A DNA stretch of 47,970 bases from Candidatus Woesearchaeota archaeon (GTDB taxonomy: Archaea > Nanobdellota > Nanobdellia > Pacearchaeales > GW2011-AR1), in assembly GCA_964621025.1 (NCBI GenBank), contig CAZUKQ010000002.1, forward strand, positions 101,292-149,261, given 5' to 3'. This document shows, one piece after another, positions 44,098 to 47,970 of the stretch. The first letter of the stretch is position 1, and the number at the start of each line of letters is the position of its first letter. The notes beneath the pieces were generated by a model that was not told the DNA's origin, searched no databases, and worked only from the letters and a program-made list of their open reading frames with translations. Position numbers and translations under genes: made by a program.

Positions 44098-44225
44098 AAT
44101 AATGATTCCAAAATTGGATTTATAAAACTATCTGTATCTAAGAAACCTTGGTTTCTTTTGATGAAAACTTCCTTTAAGGTAGTTTGAAGGATAATCTTTT
44201 TATAGGCATAATTTCTATTATTCCA

Positions 44226-44486
44226 ATGGATAGACTAAAGAGGTATAGAAAAACTATAGACAAAATTGATAGGAAGATTGTTAAGTTTCTTGCTAAAAGA
44301 TTAGAGATAGTTAAAAAAATTGGAGCTTATAAGAGAATTAAAAAACTTCCAGTATTTAACAAACAGAGAGAAAGTGAAGTGTTAAGCAAGGTAAAAATAG
44401 CTTCTAGAAAACACAAAACAGATGATAGATTTGTCAAAGAAGTTTTCAAGGCAGTAATTTCTGAATCTAAAAGGTTAGAAAAGTAA
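44226..44486 (+). CDS. Chorismate mutase (AroQ class)
   Basis: RLKRYRKTIDKIDRKIVKFLAKRLEIVKKIGAYK is the typical AroQ helix 1. ATG at 44226 with a TATA-like TTTTTATA about 25 nt upstream; the track start at 44184 is TTG. Confidence 0.8.
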   Translation: MDRLKRYRKTIDKIDRKIVKFLAKRLEIVKKIGAYKRIKKLPVFNKQRESEVLSKVKIASRKHKTDDRFVKEVFKAVISESKRLEK

Positions 44487-45272
44487 TTATCCAATTATTC
44501 TCTTTGCTCGTTCTTGTGCTTCTTTTAGAAAATCTTTTCCGAACCAGTCTCTTATTTTCTTTGGATTTTTTGTTTTGCTTTTTTTAGTAAGAGTAGAAAT
44601 AAGATGTTGATTAACTTTTTGTGTAAATGGGTTGTAATCCTGCAATGCTTGGTAAAGTTCATCATTTTTTTCATCAACTTGCCTTGCAACCAGGTCCATT
44701 AAAACTTTCGTTGGCGGAGGCGAAATTTCATAAATTTCTTTCGCACTCAGGCCAGATTTTTCTAGTGAAAGAAAAAAGGACTCTAAGAGATTTACTCTCT
44801 CATTTTGAAGAAATCCGACTAACCACAAATCATGTTCATGAGGATTCATTTTTATTATTTTCAAACCAGCTTTTTGGAATGCATTCAAAATTTCAAGGCA
44901 TTTCTTTCCAGATTTTTTTGTTTCACAGTAAACTACTGTTCTTCCGTTAAGAGACTTAACTTCACCAAATAAAGGATGTAATCCTCCAACTTCACAATTT
45001 GGCCCACTATATCTTAACATCCCCTCAACCGGAAAAGATTTTAGACTTGTAAAATCCATTAGTGCATTTGCATGAGGAGCGACTCTTTTTATTATTTCTT
45101 CCGTAGAGGTAATTGGAACAGATATTATGGTCAAATCGCAAATTCTTGCAGCTTCTTCCAAACTTGGAGAAGAGTTTCTTCCAGAAAAAATTACTTCATG
45201 ACCTTGACTTTCAAAGATTGGTCGGATAGTTTTTCCCATCACACCGTTTCCTCCAGCAATATTAATTTTCAT
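44487..45272 (-). CDS. tyrA: Prephenate dehydrogenase
   Basis: Rossmann MKINIAGGNGVMGK, HPLFG motif. Context with pheA and chorismate mutase. Confidence 0.8.
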   Translation of the reverse strand: MKINIAGGNGVMGKTIRPIFESQGHEVIFSGRNSSPSLEEAARICDLTIISVPITSTEEIIKRVAPHANALMDFTSLKSFPVEGMLRYSGPNCEVGGLHPLFGEVKSLNGRTVVYCETKKSGKKCLEILNAFQKAGLKIIKMNPHEHDLWLVGFLQNERVNLLESFFLSLEKSGLSAKEIYEISPPPTKVLMDLVARQVDEKNDELYQALQDYNPFTQKVNQHLISTLTKKSKTKNPKKIRDWFGKDFLKEAQERAKRIIG

Positions 45273-46104
45273 CTTTCCAATGAGAATTTCTAAAACTCCC
45301 TAAAACTTTAACGGTATCTGGATGTTCATGTTTAGGATCTAATGAATGGCTGAGGGCATGTAAAGCAATCTTCACATTTTTATCTTCTTTGTGTCCGTCC
45401 AATTCCACATAAAAGTAATAACCCTTTTTTCCGTCAGGTCTAGAATAAATACATTCAAGATTAATGTGCTGAGAACCTAGAATGTTTAAAACATCAGATA
45501 AAACCCCTGGTCTATCTCTTATTGGTGGATGAATCGCAAGAATTGTTTTATCATCGCCAGTTTGTCTTGTTTTTGCTCTACCAAGAACAATAAATCTAGT
45601 ACTATTATTTTGGCATAAATCTTTTGCAAGAATCTTCAGTCCTGCTTTTTTCAAGGCTGCTTCAGAAGCGATTGCTGCTGAATTCATCATTTTATTTTTT
45701 AAAATGAAATCTGCGGCCGCAGCAGTACTAGCTGTAGCTATTAATTCAGCTTCAGGAAGTTTTGTATATAAATATTCATCACATTGTTCTAGTGCCTGGT
45801 CTTTAGAGTATACTTTTGTTATGCTTTCATGATTGAATAAGGCTCCAAGACAATGAACCACTTTCAAGGATTTTTCTTCGACGATTTTTGTTTTGTTACA
45901 TTTTGTCAAAGAGTCTAAGGTATGAACTACATGTCCATTATAAAAATTTTCAAGAGGAACAACTCCAAAATCTACTTTCCCATTTTCCACAGCCATAACC
46001 ACATTTCTAATTGGTTGAATAGGAATAAGATTTGCTTTAGGGAATAATTCTTTCGCTACTTTCTCTGTGAAGGTATTTTCCGGGCCCAAGTATGCTACTT
46101 TCAT
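45262..46104 (-). CDS. pheA: Prephenate dehydratase with C-terminal ACT domain
   Basis: MKVAYLGPENTFTE, NSTRFIVLG, ACT-like C-terminus with SRP...YYFYVE. Confidence 0.9.
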   Translation of the reverse strand: MKVAYLGPENTFTEKVAKELFPKANLIPIQPIRNVVMAVENGKVDFGVVPLENFYNGHVVHTLDSLTKCNKTKIVEEKSLKVVHCLGALFNHESITKVYSKDQALEQCDEYLYTKLPEAELIATASTAAAADFILKNKMMNSAAIASEAALKKAGLKILAKDLCQNNSTRFIVLGRAKTRQTGDDKTILAIHPPIRDRPGVLSDVLNILGSQHINLECIYSRPDGKKGYYFYVELDGHKEDKNVKIALHALSHSLDPKHEHPDTVKVLGSFRNSHWKDEN

Positions 46105-46189
46105 TTTATTTTTTAGAATTCTGAGGCGATTCTCTGACCATCACCCTTTAATTAAATACAGATTTGAAGCTTTTTAAATTTGTGTAAAT

Positions 46190-46249
46190 ATGAGTGCCCC
46201 CACCTCCGCCGCGTTGGAGATGAGGGCTCATCACAGCCTTGTGTGATGA
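46190..46249. other. GC-rich structured island (two overlapping hairpins); candidate small RNA or 3'-end structure
   Basis: Hairpin 1 has 46190-46199 pairing with 46224-46231 and an inner CTCC/GGAG stem. Hairpin 2 is TCATCACA (46228-46235) with TGTGATGA (46242-46249). Local GC is much higher than the flanks. Confidence 0.3.
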
Positions 46250-46278
46250 TTATGATCTAATTAAAGAGAAAAGTGAGT

Positions 46279-47697
46279 TTAAAATCTTTTTTCATTTAGT
46301 AATTTCTTTACACTGACAATTTCCAAGAAAGTTGCTTCTTTGTACTCAAAATTACCTGCAACTATTGCAACTAAATCCTCTTCAGATAACATTTTTTGAT
46401 CTAAAAGATATTGCGCTGTTGTTTTCATTAGAGCAACAACTTCTGAACTTTTTCTAGGTGCAATGTGGTTAGCATAAACTCCATAACTTAGAGATAATTG
46501 TCTCATTGTTTGAATTTCATAACATTGAGCAAAAATAGGACATCTTCCTCTAAATGCTGACAAATATCTCGCAGTCTTTCCAGTGATAGTGTCTGTAATA
46601 ATTGCTTTAAGGGGTAAAAGTGTAGAAGCTCTAACAGCAGATTTTGCTAAGAAAGCCGATACCTCATTATTCAGATTTTTTATAGAAAGCTCGCTTATAC
46701 CTGTTAAGGATTTTTCAGTTTCTATTGCAATTTTTGCCATTACATTTACAGCTTCTGCAGGATATTTTCCCTGAGCAGTTTCACCAGAAAGCATAATCGC
46801 ATCGGCGTTTGTTAGAACAGCGTTAGCTATATCTGCAACTTCAGCTCTTGTAGGTCGGGGATTGTTAATCATTGAGTGAAGCATTTGCGTAGCAACAATA
46901 ACTGGTCTTTTTCTTTCAATACATTTCTCAATTAATTTTTTCTGGATAGACGGAACTTTTTCTGCAGGAACTTCTACGCCCAAATCACCTCTAGCAATCA
47001 TCACACCATAGGCTTCATCTAAAATCTCATCTATTTTATCTACTCCTTCTTGATTTTCTATTTTTGCAATTATTTTTATTTTGCTGTTATACTTGTCTAA
47101 TATTTTTTGAACTGCTTTTACATCTTCCCTATTTCTAACAAAAGAGTGAGCAATAAAATCTAAGTCTTCTTCAACCGCAAACTTGATGTACTCTTCATCT
47201 TTTTTAGTTAAGGAGGGTAAATTAAGTTTTATTTCTGGAACATTAACACTTTTTTTACCATCGAAAGAACCAGAATTGTTAACTTTACAAATAAGTTTAT
47301 CTGCCGATTTTTTCTCTACGACTAACTCTATGTCTCCATCAGCAATTAATATTTTTACTCCTACTTTCAATTCTTTTACAAAATTTGAGTAGGTTACTGA
47401 TATTTCTTCGTTATTCGACTCAGTTTTGTTTGTTACAATATTTACTAAATTACCCTCAATCAATTCTACTTTACCAGGTAATGTTCTTACTTCTGGACCT
47501 TTTGTGTCGACTAAGATTGCAATCTTGTCAGAAACTTTTCTCACCGTTTTTATTAATCTCTTTGCCCCTTCAAAATCTTGATGGGCTGTGTTTATTCTAA
47601 CTACATCCATTCCCTCATCGTAAAGTTCTTTTAGAAGGTCAAAACTTCCATTCATCTCTGAAATTGTTGCAATTATCTTAGTCTTTTTTTGAATCAT
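46279..47697 (-). CDS. pyk: Pyruvate kinase
   Basis: KTKIIATI, MIARGDLGVEVP. TTTATAAA centred 25.5 nt upstream. Confidence 0.95.
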   Translation of the reverse strand: MIQKKTKIIATISEMNGSFDLLKELYDEGMDVVRINTAHQDFEGAKRLIKTVRKVSDKIAILVDTKGPEVRTLPGKVELIEGNLVNIVTNKTESNNEEISVTYSNFVKELKVGVKILIADGDIELVVEKKSADKLICKVNNSGSFDGKKSVNVPEIKLNLPSLTKKDEEYIKFAVEEDLDFIAHSFVRNREDVKAVQKILDKYNSKIKIIAKIENQEGVDKIDEILDEAYGVMIARGDLGVEVPAEKVPSIQKKLIEKCIERKRPVIVATQMLHSMINNPRPTRAEVADIANAVLTNADAIMLSGETAQGKYPAEAVNVMAKIAIETEKSLTGISELSIKNLNNEVSAFLAKSAVRASTLLPLKAIITDTITGKTARYLSAFRGRCPIFAQCYEIQTMRQLSLSYGVYANHIAPRKSSEVVALMKTTAQYLLDQKMLSEEDLVAIVAGNFEYKEATFLEIVSVKKLLNEKRF

Positions 47698-47734
47698 AAA
47701 AGAAGTTTAAAATCTGAGTTTATAAATTTGAGCC

Positions 47735-47970
47735 CTACTTTTTTCTTTTTTTATTACTATTTTTTTCACTGGGCTTATTTATAACTCTGTAAGCCAGAAC
47801 TCCGAAAATAGCGAGGATTAAAAGAAGAGAAACGAAAACTACTCCTTTATTTTCTAAATTTGTTACAATTCCTTCAAATACAAGAATACCCCCCGTTGTC
47901 AAACCAGTAAGTTGGACAAGATTTTCTCTTACGAAAAGTCCGACAAGTAAAAGTATGAAACCAATTCCTG
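47735..47970 (-). CDS. 3' end of a membrane-protein gene entering from beyond the window
   Basis: Open minus-strand frame from the window edge to TAG at 47737-47735. Encodes hydrophobic ...GIGFILLLVGLF...VVFVSLLLILAIFGVLAY then a basic tail. Confidence 0.45.
   Translation of the reverse strand, partial: GIGFILLLVGLFVRENLVQLTGLTTGGILVFEGIVTNLENKGVVFVSLLLILAIFGVLAYRVINKPSEKNSNKKRKK

Noticed and set aside
46186-46252. C/D-box or H/ACA sRNA interpretation of the GC-rich island
   Set aside because: GTGATGA-like C-box strings exist on both strands because they form the palindromic hairpin, but I found no CTGA D/D' boxes at appropriate spacing. For H/ACA, an ACA follows hairpin 1, but the internal loop (4 x 4 nt) is too small for a pseudouridylation pocket. 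It is kept only as a generic structured-RNA candidate.
1-47970. CRISPR arrays, IS elements, integrases, prophage or rRNA genes
   Set aside because: Reading both strands, I found no regularly spaced repeats, no transposase/integrase/recombinase-like ORFs and no rRNA-like conserved segments. The only non-coding RNA I can support is the tRNA-Ser.

Overview
AT-rich, very gene-dense chromosomal segment with almost no intergenic DNA. The informational genes make it archaeal: aIF5B, ribosomal proteins eL33 (L35Ae), uL16 (L10e) and uS10, a ThrRS with the archaeal N-terminal editing domain, an archaeal/eukaryal-type ProRS, Elp3 and FtsZ. The compaction, many orphan small proteins and large glycosylated surface proteins suggest a small-genome DPANN-like archaeon; that is inference. 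Housekeeping content also includes homoserine dehydrogenase, aroE, chorismate mutase/tyrA/pheA, pyruvate kinase, an ABC exporter, a SulP transporter, a PLD/cardiolipin-synthase-like enzyme, a Trx-CcdA fusion, a GlcD/GlcF-like oxidoreductase set, a DHH phosphoesterase, a PHP phosphoesterase, two GTPases, a DEAD-box helicase and one tRNA-Ser(GGA). I saw no rRNA, CRISPR array, transposase or integrase. Candidates for something new, in rough order: (1) a three-gene operon of unrecognisable proteins ending in an HExxH protein (3694-5298), divergent from a sensor-less histidine kinase that abuts a KaiC-like ATPase. (2) A surface-protein locus (14145-19710) with an embedded OapA/OapB-like GTPase pair and a protein ending in a sortase-type LPLTG-TM-KKK signal. 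(3) Four translationally coupled small membrane/secreted protein genes (31960-33112). (4) A DEAD-box helicase with a 146-aa Arg/Ser/Gly/Tyr repeat tail. (5) A truncated dph2 remnant that keeps its promoter. (6) A bacterial YqjD/ElaB-like plus YqjE-like pair. (7) Unannotated micro-ORFs and a GC-rich structured island. A window-wide regularity is a TTTAWAWA-type TATA octamer centred about 25.5 nt upstream of the ATG of first-in-operon genes, implying leaderless mRNAs. All family calls come from motif recognition by eye; no searches were run.
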